Virus record (IMG/VR): IMGVR_UViG_3300035698_022190
Location: 124,001 to 188,000 of that record
Reading direction: 5' to 3' (one strand)
DNA length: 64,000 nt
A program made the position numbers and the translations under genes. Shown here one piece after another: positions 44,267-54,981 of the stretch. Position 1 is the stretch's first letter. The number at the start of each line of letters is the position of its first letter. The notes beneath the pieces are model-generated. The model saw only the letters and a program-made list of their open reading frames with translations, had not been told where the DNA came from and searched no databases.

Positions 44267-47200
44267 TTACATTAAACTAATACCTTCTGACATCTTTAAT
44301 TCAACAATGAGTGCAATGGCTACAGCCATTTGACAAATTAAAGCTATTGCCAAAAGCATCATAACTACCTTCCAATATTCACCGTCCCATTGATCCCACA
44401 TTACAAACCCCAGCGCAAGCAAAACAGCAACTAGGGCAATTACTGATATTATTGCCATTTAAAATTCCTTCCCGTCGCTTTCGATCCAGCGTTGATTGCT
44501 CACAGCAGCATGCCGAACTATAGCTTCCTGAGCTTCTTCACGGGTATTATAACGCACTTCATCAACAGCGTTATTAGTATATTTAACTAATACCTTAAAA
44601 GTACCGTTGCCGAATTCATGTATGCTATACCCGTTGACGCTACAGTATGATGGTCGCTTTTTACTACCTTCGTTAACCGGGCCTTTTAAAATCCTGTGTA
44701 CAGGATCATTTACAGGATCATTTACAGTATCCTTTACAATATTATTGGGTTTATTAAATCGTCCGCTGTTGCCCTCGAAACCAGTAGGTGGTCCATAAAA
44801 CAACATTGTTAGTCCCATTATTGCAAGCATTACAATAATCACTGTGCTTGTTTTCATATAGTTTTTCCTTTCTGTAGTATGCCATGTTTTTTAGCTAGGT
44901 TTAAAGCTTCGCCTGGACGAAACCGGGCCAACCGACTAACTCTGCCTAACAAATTTCGATTCAAATCATATTCATAGACCCTTCCATCGATTGAAAACTT
45001 AACGGCATCTAGACCTAAATTGTGTTTTGCGGTGCCTATTAATACTATCTTAGTCATAAGGCCTCCTTGTTATTTTGTCAGTTCTGAAATAGCGCGTTCA
45101 TGACGTAAACGTGCGATCCCCCGCTCTTTTGGTGTAAGCTTCCAATTAGTCATGCGTTTTTTATTGTCACGCATTTGCTTCATTAACCGTGCAATTTTTT
45201 CCCTAGTCATGTCTGTCCACCATTTCCAACTTTACATTACTTAAAACTCTGTTTGTATCTTCCCCATCAACTAACACACAAACGCTAAAGTATCCATCGC
45301 CTTTGTCCCGATAAACATTTCGGACCAAAGCTTCTTTCCCAATTAATCCGGTGCGTTCTGTATTGTTGGAAACATCTTTTTCTTCCAGTACTAAGAGAAT
45401 AGCCTTATCATTTCTTTTCATGACTAGTCTGTTAAAACTGCAACGAGTATTATACAAAGTATAATTAGCATTATCAATTGCATATTTGCTCCTTTTGCTT
45501 TTAATTAAAGTTTCACATGTTTCTTATACCTAAAAACTCTTTAAATCAACACAATTTTTAAGCTAAAAAAAAGGACCGACTAGCGATCCTTTTTTAAACT
45601 AAAATTAATTAGTAGCGGCTATCTACACCACAAAGCCTGTTGAACTCGGCAATAACAATTTTCTTGCCGGCGAATTCGCGTGCTTCTTCTAGGTAACCTT
45701 CAACGATTGGAATATGGGAAAGCATATCTCTTGAAAGAGGTATCGTTGTATAATTCAATGCACCCTTAATATTGAGGGTAGGTAGCTCTTCAATTTCTTT
45801 TGCAGCATACCAGCTTTCGATATCACGGGTTGACAGCTCACCACTGGAAATTCTCAGTGCGTCTGATAATACGGTGTTTTCACCTTCGTCTAGGTGTCCG
45901 AGGTAAGTCTTACCACTTACTTCGACTATAATAAGATTTTTTTTGGCCATCTTATATATCCTTTTATTTTATTGTTTTAGAATGTTTGTTTTCTAGGCGG
46001 TCTTTTGCTACCGGGCCTAGTTGGTCTTTGTTTGATGTCTCCTGCGAAGCGTATAGTATCGCGTGGCGCAATTTTCATGTCAAGTAGATGATCAATGTCT
46101 TTTTTGCAATAAGCTTCCATAGATTCCATGGCAGCTCTACTTGGGCTTGGTGGATAGGGCATTCCGTCCGGATCCATTTCAAATCCACCAGCATGCTTTT
46201 GTAAAAGTTCGAAAGAATTTTCGCCAATAAAGCCGCCGTATTCGCCTGATTTAGAGTTTCCTATTTTAGGGGTTACTTTGTATCCGGGCTGTGAATGTCC
46301 CCCGAATCCTCCATTGTACTCACCGCGACATACAATCCTAACTTGAACATTAAAGTCCCTGCTAGCAATGCCTGAGCCACCATGCATACCCCTTACAATA
46401 TCTCCTACTTCAAACTCATAATCCAAATCGGGCTCATTGTTACGGCCTATAGAACGTATGTGCTCTTCGGATACGTAGAAACTATCATCATCATCATCTT
46501 CCCGTACTCCGTTTGAATCGCATGCATAACAAAGGTATTCGTCGTCTCCGTCTTTTTCTTCATTAATAATAACGAAATCGCCCTCATAATATATCTGATC
46601 ATCATGTTCCTCAATGACCTCACAAACATCTCCAATATCAAATTTATCCATATGGTTTTATCCTTAATTTAGATATTAAATAGATACTTTCCTTATACCC
46701 TAAAATTTAAAATTTAGTATAGGATACCTTAGACATTTTAAGATCCCGTCTAAGCTAAAAAACGGGCCAACTTCGACCCGTTTAATAATGATATCCCTAA
46801 TGTAAGGGGAATGGCGATACAACAATTTCTGGTTCTAAATAAACTAACCGTGGGTTACTCTCGGCATCAAGCATCATCAACCAAGTTGCACTAGAGCTCG
46901 TTGGCATGAAGAGCCCATTAGGATCGGCCTGTGGTAGTATTTCAAAACCACCCTGGTAAGATCTTTTGGTTCTCATAGGGTTTGTGAACTGCGCGGAGAA
47001 AGGAACGCCATATCCTAGGCATTTACCAATATACATAAGTTTTCCCTGGTAATCGCTTTTGATATAAGCATAGCAAACTATATCTTCTTGATCTTGTAAT
47101 TCATAGATCATTTTCATTAGTTTACGTTGCTGGAAATTTACAATATTTGGCATCCCAATCTGACGTTGAGATTCGGCAAGTAATAATTCTGTTGCCTCTT

Positions 47201-48412
47201 CTTGGATTGAATCTGTATCTGAACTCATTTCGCATGTTTCTGCAGTGAATACAAAGTAACACAGTGTTACAAGCAGTACTGCATATAATGGACGTACCCT
47301 CATTAATAGCCTCTTGTTTTTACTAAGAAATCTCTTAGTGTTTCATTGGAAATGTCTTCAGCGTTTACATCTGCAATTTGCATTTTGATTGTCGCTTCAA
47401 TGGCTTTCTTGCCATCATAATCAGTATCTTGCCATTCGCCATATAGCTTTCCTAGCAATTGTTGCTGACCATGAACATATGATTTTGTATTTTCGAAAAC
47501 TTCTCTACGGATGTTTTCTTTCTTTGGAGCATACCATTTAGTAAAACTTAGGTCCATGGCTCCTGAAATGAATAGTATAAGAAATAGGCCTACAATACAA
47601 AGTAGGACAATTACCGTGATTTTAAACGGGCTCATCTATTTTCCTTTTTAATTAAGTTTCTTTTTGCACCTTCACAGAAAGGATGGTCTTGATTGCCGTG
47701 ACACATTACCCGCCAGAAACTGTGCGGATAGTCTTCATCATCCTTCATGTCTATTAATTTACAATAACTTCCTGCACCATCTCGTAGATAGTGTGGACAG
47801 CTCTCTAAATTTAAAACTTTAGGCCGACGACCACCGGCCCTACTGTTTAAATTCCTGTGGTTTCCCATAGTTCTCCTACTTTATAGTTATTATATCTTTT
47901 TCTAATAATTCTTTCTGATACATCTTTACTCGATCATCCATCTTCCATTTGTCATATCTTCTGAGATAACTACTATTAAGCTGATTAGGCCCTATCTTTA
48001 TCTCGGAAGCCACTACCACCTCTATATAATTACCAGGAATCATATATCCTTTTGTATGGCCCCCACGATAGTCGACGGCCAGGATATAATATTCTAGATC
48101 TATGCGTCTTAAATTTATCCAATCCTCGGCATCCTGTACATTAGTAAATATATGCCAACCCATCGGGTATTCAAGTTTTGACAGAAGGACGTCTATAGTG
48201 CTTTTTTTGGAATTAGCATTGGTTCTAAAATCTTTTTCATGTAGCCACCGTTGTATAAAAAGGGGCTTATTTATATCATAGTAAATTTCTGGAAAAGGTC
48301 GACCATGACATGACCAAAAGACTTTAACACCAAAACCACTTATATTCATTCTGGTTTCAGTAATACTTTTTAAACTCATTTTATTTCCTATGAAATGCGG
48401 CGCCCACATCAT
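44267..48412 (-). CDS. Array of small accessory genes in promoter/terminator-bounded cassettes
   Basis: ORFs 44267-44458, 44459-44857, 44854-45057, 45609-45950, 45977-46651, 46797-47303, 47303-47635, 47632-47868 and 47876-48412. ATGA overlaps at 44854 and 47632. Confidence 0.65.
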
Positions 48413-48431
48413 TGACGTAAGCGCCTGTTAA

Positions 48432-48866
48432 TTAATTAGTTATGATTTTACCGCCACGTACTAGATCAAGAAAATCTACGCTCAAGGGCACTTCCCCGGG
48501 ATAGTCTTCCCAACGATCGGCCATTAAGGTAAGATGCTCTTCAGGAATATCGTGAACTCCTTGAAATTGTCCGGTACATTTCAAAACTTTAAGATTTGCA
48601 TCATACTTTTTAGCGAGATCAATATATGTCTGCATTTCCCAAATTCTTGTAAAGGTGTTTGACACTACTACGTCCATATTAAATCTCAGGGCGGTTTCAC
48701 AGGCCACGATGCAAGCTTCTGCAACGTCTTTAATCTGTGAAGGGTCGAATTCATAAACACCGTCTCTGATAAAAAACATGTCCATCTCTAAGTGTAAACA
48801 TTCAAAAGATTTAGCCATTGTAGTTTTTCCACTACCAGATAATCCCCTGATGAGTGATAACTTCAT
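48432..48866 (-). CDS. AAA_33/polynucleotide-kinase-like P-loop protein
   Basis: LIRGLSGSGKTT and VVVSNTFTRIWEM. Confidence 0.85.
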   Translation of the reverse strand: MKLSLIRGLSGSGKTTMAKSFECLHLEMDMFFIRDGVYEFDPSQIKDVAEACIVACETALRFNMDVVVSNTFTRIWEMQTYIDLAKKYDANLKVLKCTGQFQGVHDIPEEHLTLMADRWEDYPGEVPLSVDFLDLVRGGKIITN

Positions 48867-48999
48867 GCAACCTCCTATGCTACAAAAGGTCCAAGAAAAA
48901 GCTTAGCGGCTAATATTATCAATCCCACAATTGTTACTAGAATCATAATATCTATAAAACCACGCCACTTTGTTGATTTTGGTTGTCCCACATATCCTC

Positions 49000-50700
49000 C
49001 TATTTTCTAATCATTGCAAAATATACTTTTATTTCATGTTGAAATATTTCAATTTTTGTAACAACATGGCCTTTATTTTTTATGTTAGCTAAAGCTCCAA
49101 CATCTTCCCAGCTCAGTGCTTTGGAATAATCTCCATTAGTATTAAAGAGATTTGTCTTACAAATTACTTCACCAAGTTTGGCAGTTTTAGCAATTTCAAT
49201 TTCGTCCAGGCTCGTCCATTTTCCTTGAAAATATAGCCCAAATAGGCCACATAGAATGGCAACACCCATGCCCCACCAAAGTACTGCAGGAAGCGGAGTA
49301 AAAGAATTTTCTACATGTGTCCAAACATATAAGATTATTCCAGTTGCTATGGCCACCATCGTTCCAATAAAGATATATTCATATTTTTTATATTGCTTTA
49401 TAGTCATTTTTATTCCTTTTTTGTTATACCATTCTTATCCCAATTTTTAAGTTAAAAAAAAGGGAGCGAGGCCCCCTTTAATTTATTGTTCTTCTTTGGC
49501 TGCAGCTATTATTTCTTCCCTGTTTTCCCACATGATTGGTGCCCAGGTTAAAGTATATCTACAAAAAGTTCTTACAAATTTGTCGATACAGTTCCATCTT
49601 GTTTGTTCAATTCCACATTTTACCATTTCTCTGCGCACTATGGATCTCATGGATTTTTCGGATTGAAGCAACAATATCCAACCTAAGAGGACGTAAAGTA
49701 TTACTATTGATAACAATATGTGTATTATCATTTTAATTTCCTTTCTATTAAGTATTCTTCTTATACCCAATCTTAACGTAAAAGAGAGCATCACTGCTCT
49801 CTTTAATTTGTAAATATCTCACCAATATTTACAGAGTTCCCCATAATAACAAACAAAGACTATATATAACTATATAGCTTTACATAATTCTTATACCTAA
49901 TTGCGGTTAAAAGTGTCTAATGAAAATAAAAGAAATATACAATAATAAAACTCAGGAGGGCGCATACCAAACATGGTAGAAGATGGGTGTATATAAATTT
50001 ACGTCGGTCCCCAGTTCGGCGGCCGAAGTGTAAGTCAATGAACTTACATAAATAGTTCTTCATAATTTAATATACACTTTAAATAAAATAAAAGCAAGTT
50101 TAAACGTTCTTAAACTAAAAGAAGAGTTTAACCTCTTCCTTTAAGATACATCTTCTAAAGTACTGGTGCATTACAATCTGGGCAGTGTTTCTTTGTCAAG
50201 CCCAGTCCAGATAGCCCATTCAAAAACTTATGTGTTTTTTCATGTTTTACCGTAATGGGCTGCCATGCGGTCGTACATAGCGTGCAAAAGAAAGCGTTTG
50301 CTCCCCTGTTAGTTTTTCTTGTACTCGATTTATTTTGTAAAATAGCCTTTGATGTGTTTTTCATACTTATAAGAAATTGACAAATTGTATTATTTGTGTC
50401 TACATTTTGTGGAAAGTGTTTTGCTTGTAAAGCCATGTTATCTCCTGTTTGTTATTTATGGGCAATTTGCTGTCCCGGACTTAGTTTTAATTGGGAAAGC
50501 TTTTCTTGTAACTTAATAAATTCTACATCTGTGAGATGGATATCTATCTCTCGATCAGCGGTAAGAACTGATAAAACAATGGCCGATCCTGTTACTTTGC
50601 AAACTTCTCGGCTGGTATTAATCTTTATTTTGTCAGCACAAATCAGTTCTTCTTTTCTTGTAATGACAGCACTTGGGGATTTTTTCTTGGACATAGGCAT
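49000..50700 (-). CDS. Hypothetical proteins 49000-49407, 49483-49731, 50155-50436, 50452-50700
   Basis: Mostly preceded by a GG(T/G)ATAAG motif and followed by a hairpin. Confidence 0.6.
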
Positions 50701-50809
50701 GCTCCTTTTAGGTTAATTTAAATGACTAGTTATAATTCTTATACCATTTATATTTTAAGAAAAAATAAAGAAAAGTTGCTTTTAAAGGTATTGTATGCTA
50801 TATTTAGGT

Positions 50810-51001
50810 ATGAAACCATCAGAAAAAATTTATAACGATTTGATTCGAGAGTGGAATGCCTTTGAATTAGATTACGAAAAATACTTAGAATTTGGTAACC
50901 AAGCAGCAGCACGACGTGCACGACTCTCTTTAATCAGGCTGAGAAAATTGGTGACCCCTTTTCGTTTAATAAGTGTAGCTGAATCACAAAAAAAGGGTTA
51001 G
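50810..51001 (+). CDS. Hc1-like small basic (histone H1-like) protein
   Basis: GNQAAARRARLSL...KLVTPFRLISV resembles the GNKAAGTRARK family. Apparently leaderless ATG at 50810. Confidence 0.65.
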   Translation: MKPSEKIYNDLIREWNAFELDYEKYLEFGNQAAARRARLSLIRLRKLVTPFRLISVAESQKKG

Positions 51002-51002
51002 A

Positions 51003-51809
51003 ATGAATTCATCAAAATATAAGCTTACATTAAGAAAATCTTTATTAGATTACAGAGATTGGCGTGCTGAAACAATATATAGTGCCGGACCGCTTCCTAC
51101 TAAGTTTAGTTTAGAAAAGACCTTATCAAGAATAAAAGACCAAGGTAGTTTTGGGACCTGCGCAGCACAGACAGCTGCCTGCATAAAAGAAAGTCAGGAA
51201 TATATAGAAGATGGCTTACTTGAGGACTTTAGTCCTATGTTTGTTTATGCACACAGAACTCCAACCAGCATAGCCGGGATGTACCCTAGAGATGTAATGA
51301 AGATTATGCAAAACTTGGGGGGCGTTGCTGAACAAGATTACCCCTACAAAGCGGCTAATAGAAATAAACAAAATATCACCACCGCTATTTACGAAGACGC
51401 CAAAAATTATACTATTAAAAGTTATGCAAGCATATCAACAATCGATGCAGTAAAAAGAGCTTTAATAGCAGATGGCCCTGTCTTTGTAGGGCTCCCAGTA
51501 TTTAATTTTGGAAATACTTTCTGGAAGGCTAATTTTGGTGACGATTCTCTTGGAGGGCATGCGGTTGCTATAGTTGGGTATGATAAAAAAGGATTTACTT
51601 TACGCAACAGTTGGGGAACTTCTTGGGGCGATTATGGTTACGGATTCTTTCCTTATAAAGATTGGGGTGTACAATGGGAAGCATGGACAACAATTGATGA
51701 CAGCTCCTTTATTATAGATAATTATAAATATAAAGCCAGCCAATCAGAGAATACAAAAAACTTTGTTTTGTTAATTCTTGAATGGATCCTAAACATTTTT
51801 AAAAAGTAA
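51003..51809 (+). CDS. C1 (papain-like) cysteine peptidase
   Basis: QGSFGTCAAQ, GHAVAIVGYD and RNSWGTSWG. Confidence 0.93.
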   Translation: MNSSKYKLTLRKSLLDYRDWRAETIYSAGPLPTKFSLEKTLSRIKDQGSFGTCAAQTAACIKESQEYIEDGLLEDFSPMFVYAHRTPTSIAGMYPRDVMKIMQNLGGVAEQDYPYKAANRNKQNITTAIYEDAKNYTIKSYASISTIDAVKRALIADGPVFVGLPVFNFGNTFWKANFGDDSLGGHAVAIVGYDKKGFTLRNSWGTSWGDYGYGFFPYKDWGVQWEAWTTIDDSSFIIDNYKYKASQSENTKNFVLLILEWILNIFKK

Positions 51810-52379
51810 TGAAATTAAAAAATATTAAATTAAGATATTTCTTTCTTCCTTCAATAGCTTTTATCGTAGCACTTTGGTTTGTTCCTACCCAAGCACATAT
51901 GGCCGTGGGACCTGAAATAGAAGTTATGGAGATGCGCTCCTTATCTCCAGATGGAGAAGAACCACAAGTGGTTCATTTTGAAACAGAAGAATTTTCCTGG
52001 CAAAAATGGATTACTTGGATAGTAGCTACTGGTAATGGTTTATTGGGAACTGCTGTGCAAATAAAAAGAATTAAAGATAAAAAATAACCAACTAATATAG
52101 ATGAAACGTACTAGAGAAGAAGTATATGCATTAATAGACCAAGAAAGGGCATATCAAACAAAATGGGATTTGACCAATTATCCCGGCAGGGTAAAAGATG
52201 CCGATAAAGAGGTTGAATCTTGGCTATCCTCTATGAGAGTATATCTCAGAAAATCAGAAGAAGCTGCGCTTTCAGTTGACAAAACAGAAGCATTAGAAAA
52301 TATTAGAAAAGTTTTAGGTCTTGGGGTTGCTTGCTTAGAACATCACGGCGGACCATCACGAGAACAACCTGTCATATAG
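51809..52379 (+). CDS. Membrane protein (51809-52087) and hypothetical protein (52101-52379)
   Basis: Two hydrophobic segments in the first ORF. The second is helical, beginning TREEVYALIDQERAYQ. Confidence 0.65.
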
Positions 52380-52484
52380 ACAGACCAAACTTTTGAGTAA
52401 TAAAAAACTGTGCCAAAATGACAATTCCTGGATTCTGGCACAGTTTTTGTACTATAATAAGCAACTAATTACATAAACAATAAT

Positions 52485-52841
52485 ATGGAGATACAAAAAA
52501 TGTACTACTTTTCAGAACTATTCGAAAACCGCGGTTTTGATTATGATTGGGAAAGCCGAACTAGTATGTCGGTAGAGACCCTTGATGATCATTTCGAAGC
52601 ATATATAGCATTACCAGGGATAAAGAAAAAAGATATCAAGGCAACAGTAGATAATAATCTTTTGACCATTGAAACAGAGCAAAATGAAAAATATAAAATT
52701 AATACAGCTTACAAAAAAACATGGCGCCTTGGCGATAGTATTGATACGAGTAAAATTGATTTAAAACTTGATGCGGGAATTCTTATAATCACATTACCAA
52801 AGAAGGAAGAATCCAAGTCTATTACATTAACTGTTAAATAG
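52485..52841 (+). CDS. Hsp20/alpha-crystallin small heat-shock protein
   Basis: ALPGIKKKDI and IDLKLDAGILIITLPK. Confidence 0.9.
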   Translation: MEIQKMYYFSELFENRGFDYDWESRTSMSVETLDDHFEAYIALPGIKKKDIKATVDNNLLTIETEQNEKYKINTAYKKTWRLGDSIDTSKIDLKLDAGILIITLPKKEESKSITLTVK

Positions 52842-52942
52842 CCGTCAGTTTTTTTTAATTTAAAAACAGGGAATGTTGGTTCCCTGTTTTTTTATGCCCG
52901 AAACCACTTGACTTTCTGCAAGTAAAAACGTTATATTTAGAT

Positions 52943-53152
52943 ATGACTAAAGCACAGAAAATATTTTTTAAGTATGCCCAAACAGCACCTTTAAAAACCA
53001 TAATTAAGGCAACTACAAAAGTTGTACAAAAAGGTGTAGGGACTGTTCCCCCAAAAGGAATTAAGAGTGTTGGTTTTAAAGGAAAACACTTGCCCAATAA
53101 AAATGCTTTTGAAGGGGCAGATAAAATTGGAAAAGGCGCTCCACGCCCCTAA
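52943..53152 (+). CDS. Small basic protein, first gene of the recoded block
   Basis: Apparently leaderless start 5 nt after TATATT, with the sequence FFKYAQ. Confidence 0.65.
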   Translation: MTKAQKIFFKYAQTAPLKTIIKATTKVVQKGVGTVPPKGIKSVGFKGKHLPNKNAFEGADKIGKGAPRP

Positions 53153-53154
53153 GT

Positions 53155-54510
53155 ATGTCGTCTAAAGCCAAAGGCATTCCCGATAGATCTAAGTATCTAC
53201 AAATGCCGGTTACTAAGAATAATGAGTGGCTTGGCAATATTCAGTCCCACAAGGCAAACAAGGCAGGGCAACATTTTGATTTACGTATAAATGATCCAAA
53301 AACTTCGCATGCATATTCTTGAGCACTTCGTAGTTTACCAGAACCTGGACAAAAGGTATTAGCCGTTGAACAGCCCACTCATACAAAATCTTATATGGGG
53401 TGGTCTGGTATAATAGAATCCGGCTACGGGGCAGGGACAGTAGAAAGTACTTTTCATGATAAAATAGAAGTGCTAGAATCTGGCACAGATAGAGTCACCT
53501 TTAATATGTATGGACCGGGACAAAAAGTACATCGTTATATGCTTATGCGGATGGATAACAAAGATTGGCTACTTTATAACTATACTGCTACAACAGACAC
53601 ACCATTAATACCAAAACATAAACGTTCTTATAAAGAAATATCATATGATAAAGTTGAAACTAATAGAGATAATGAGTGGATGGCGCCCAAGATGGACGGT
53701 GCCCACAATACAGTTCTTCTTAGACCTGAAAAACGCATTGACGTATATTCTCATAGGCTAAGTAAAAAAGGCTCAGAAAGAATTGATCATTCATATAGAA
53801 CAGATTTATATAAAACGAAAAGTCCTAAGGAATTAGGAGTAACGGTAGTTCGTTCTGAATTATATTTACCAAAACAAGATAGTTCTATAGTAGGAAGTTT
53901 GTTGACTCCTACTGTTTGGAAATCAAGACTAAAGCAAAGAACTCTTGGTAAATTACAAAATGTTATTTTTGATGTGGATCGTTATAAAGGACAAGACATG
54001 ACTGACGCGCCATACAGTGAAAAATGGCGAATATTGCAAAAAATTAATAAACTTATTCCTGCGCTACATTTACCCGAACTGGCTAAAACTCCAGAGCAAA
54101 AAAAAGCTATGTTAAGATCGGTTCGTGATAATACCCATTCAGAAACAGGCGAAGGTATTGTTATTTATAAACTTAACAAATCTATTCCTATCAAAGCAAA
54201 AGCTGTAAGTGACTACGATGTAAAAATAACCGGAACTTATCCAGCACTTCCTGGATCAAAATATGATGGAAAAGCTGTTGGAGGTTTCACGGCTACCCCA
54301 GAGTATGACAGCAATGTTGAGATTAGAGTGGGTACTGGCTTAAAAGATGTAGAACGAATGGAAGTTTATAAGCATCCTGAAAAATATATAGGCCAATGGG
54401 CTAAAGTCCAGGGACTAAAAAAAACGAAATCGGGCAAGATTAGAATGCCCGTATATAAAGGACTTCGTTTTGAAAAATATCTTGGCAAATTTTTTAACCA
54501 AAAAACATAA
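53155..54510 (+). CDS. LigD-type 3'-phosphoesterase domain fused to an ATP-dependent ligase (451 aa; TGA at 53320 read as Trp)
   Basis: Reads HKANKAGQHFDLRI...AYS[TGA]ALR...LAVEQPTH...GYGAGTV, matching the LigD PE pattern HxDLRL...SWA...LAV...GYGAG. The ligase part has APKMDG, EGIVIY and RMPVY. Confidence 0.88.
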
Positions 54511-54962
54511 TGGAAAACATAGCAAACTACTTTTATTCTGAAATGCTTGCAAATATGATATCACAAGCACGATATACTGTTAAAAGCTTAAAAAAACAGA
54601 ACTATTTATATTCCCCATCTTCGGCGGCGTGGGAGTATCAAACTATTCACTTTGGAGGGATGCGCGGATCTGGCCATAACACAGCTATGGAAGCCTTGTC
54701 CCATGTTTTTAAATGTGAAATTGTTTGCGCAATCGCCGCACATACCAAGCTTTTTCCTGAGGCAAAAAAAGGTACGTCAATTACTTGGCTTGACCATGTG
54801 CTACAGCCGGGAACTCATAGACATAAATTTGAAGTAGTGTTTCTAGATAACTGGGCCACCATGATGTTACAGGCATACCCAGATGTGGAAAGCATGATTC
54901 ACCAACTAGAGCCCATATATAGAGCATACACAAATAGCACTATTTTTGTATTAATACACTAG
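54510..54962 (+). CDS. Hypothetical protein
   Basis: TAATG overlap with the ligase gene. Ends in TAG. Confidence 0.6.
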   Translation: MENIANYFYSEMLANMISQARYTVKSLKKQNYLYSPSSAAWEYQTIHFGGMRGSGHNTAMEALSHVFKCEIVCAIAAHTKLFPEAKKGTSITWLDHVLQPGTHRHKFEVVFLDNWATMMLQAYPDVESMIHQLEPIYRAYTNSTIFVLIH

Positions 54963-54981
54963 AGGATGAAATAAAAAATAT

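Larger units (their letters stand above)
28442..50745 (-). promoter_or_regulatory. Repeated GGTATAAGAA motif (often with upstream TTTTAGCTTA) preceding minus-strand genes
   Basis: TTCTTATACC on + at 28442, 28709, 29729, 30702, 37616, 40741, 42567, 43537, 45521, 49758, 49888 and 50736, with variants at 42981, 46689, 49431 and 29655. TAAGCTAAAA at 29671, 42597, 42624, 43024, 43587, 45559 and 46751. Confidence 0.8.
39701..52893. terminator. Series of A-tract/hairpin/T-tract (bidirectional intrinsic) terminators
   Basis: Examples at about 39701-39730, 40354-40376, 41468-41497, 42631-42654, 43030-43058, 45566-45596, 46757-46783, 49455-49480, 49780-49804, 50118-50143 and 52862-52893. Confidence 0.75.
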
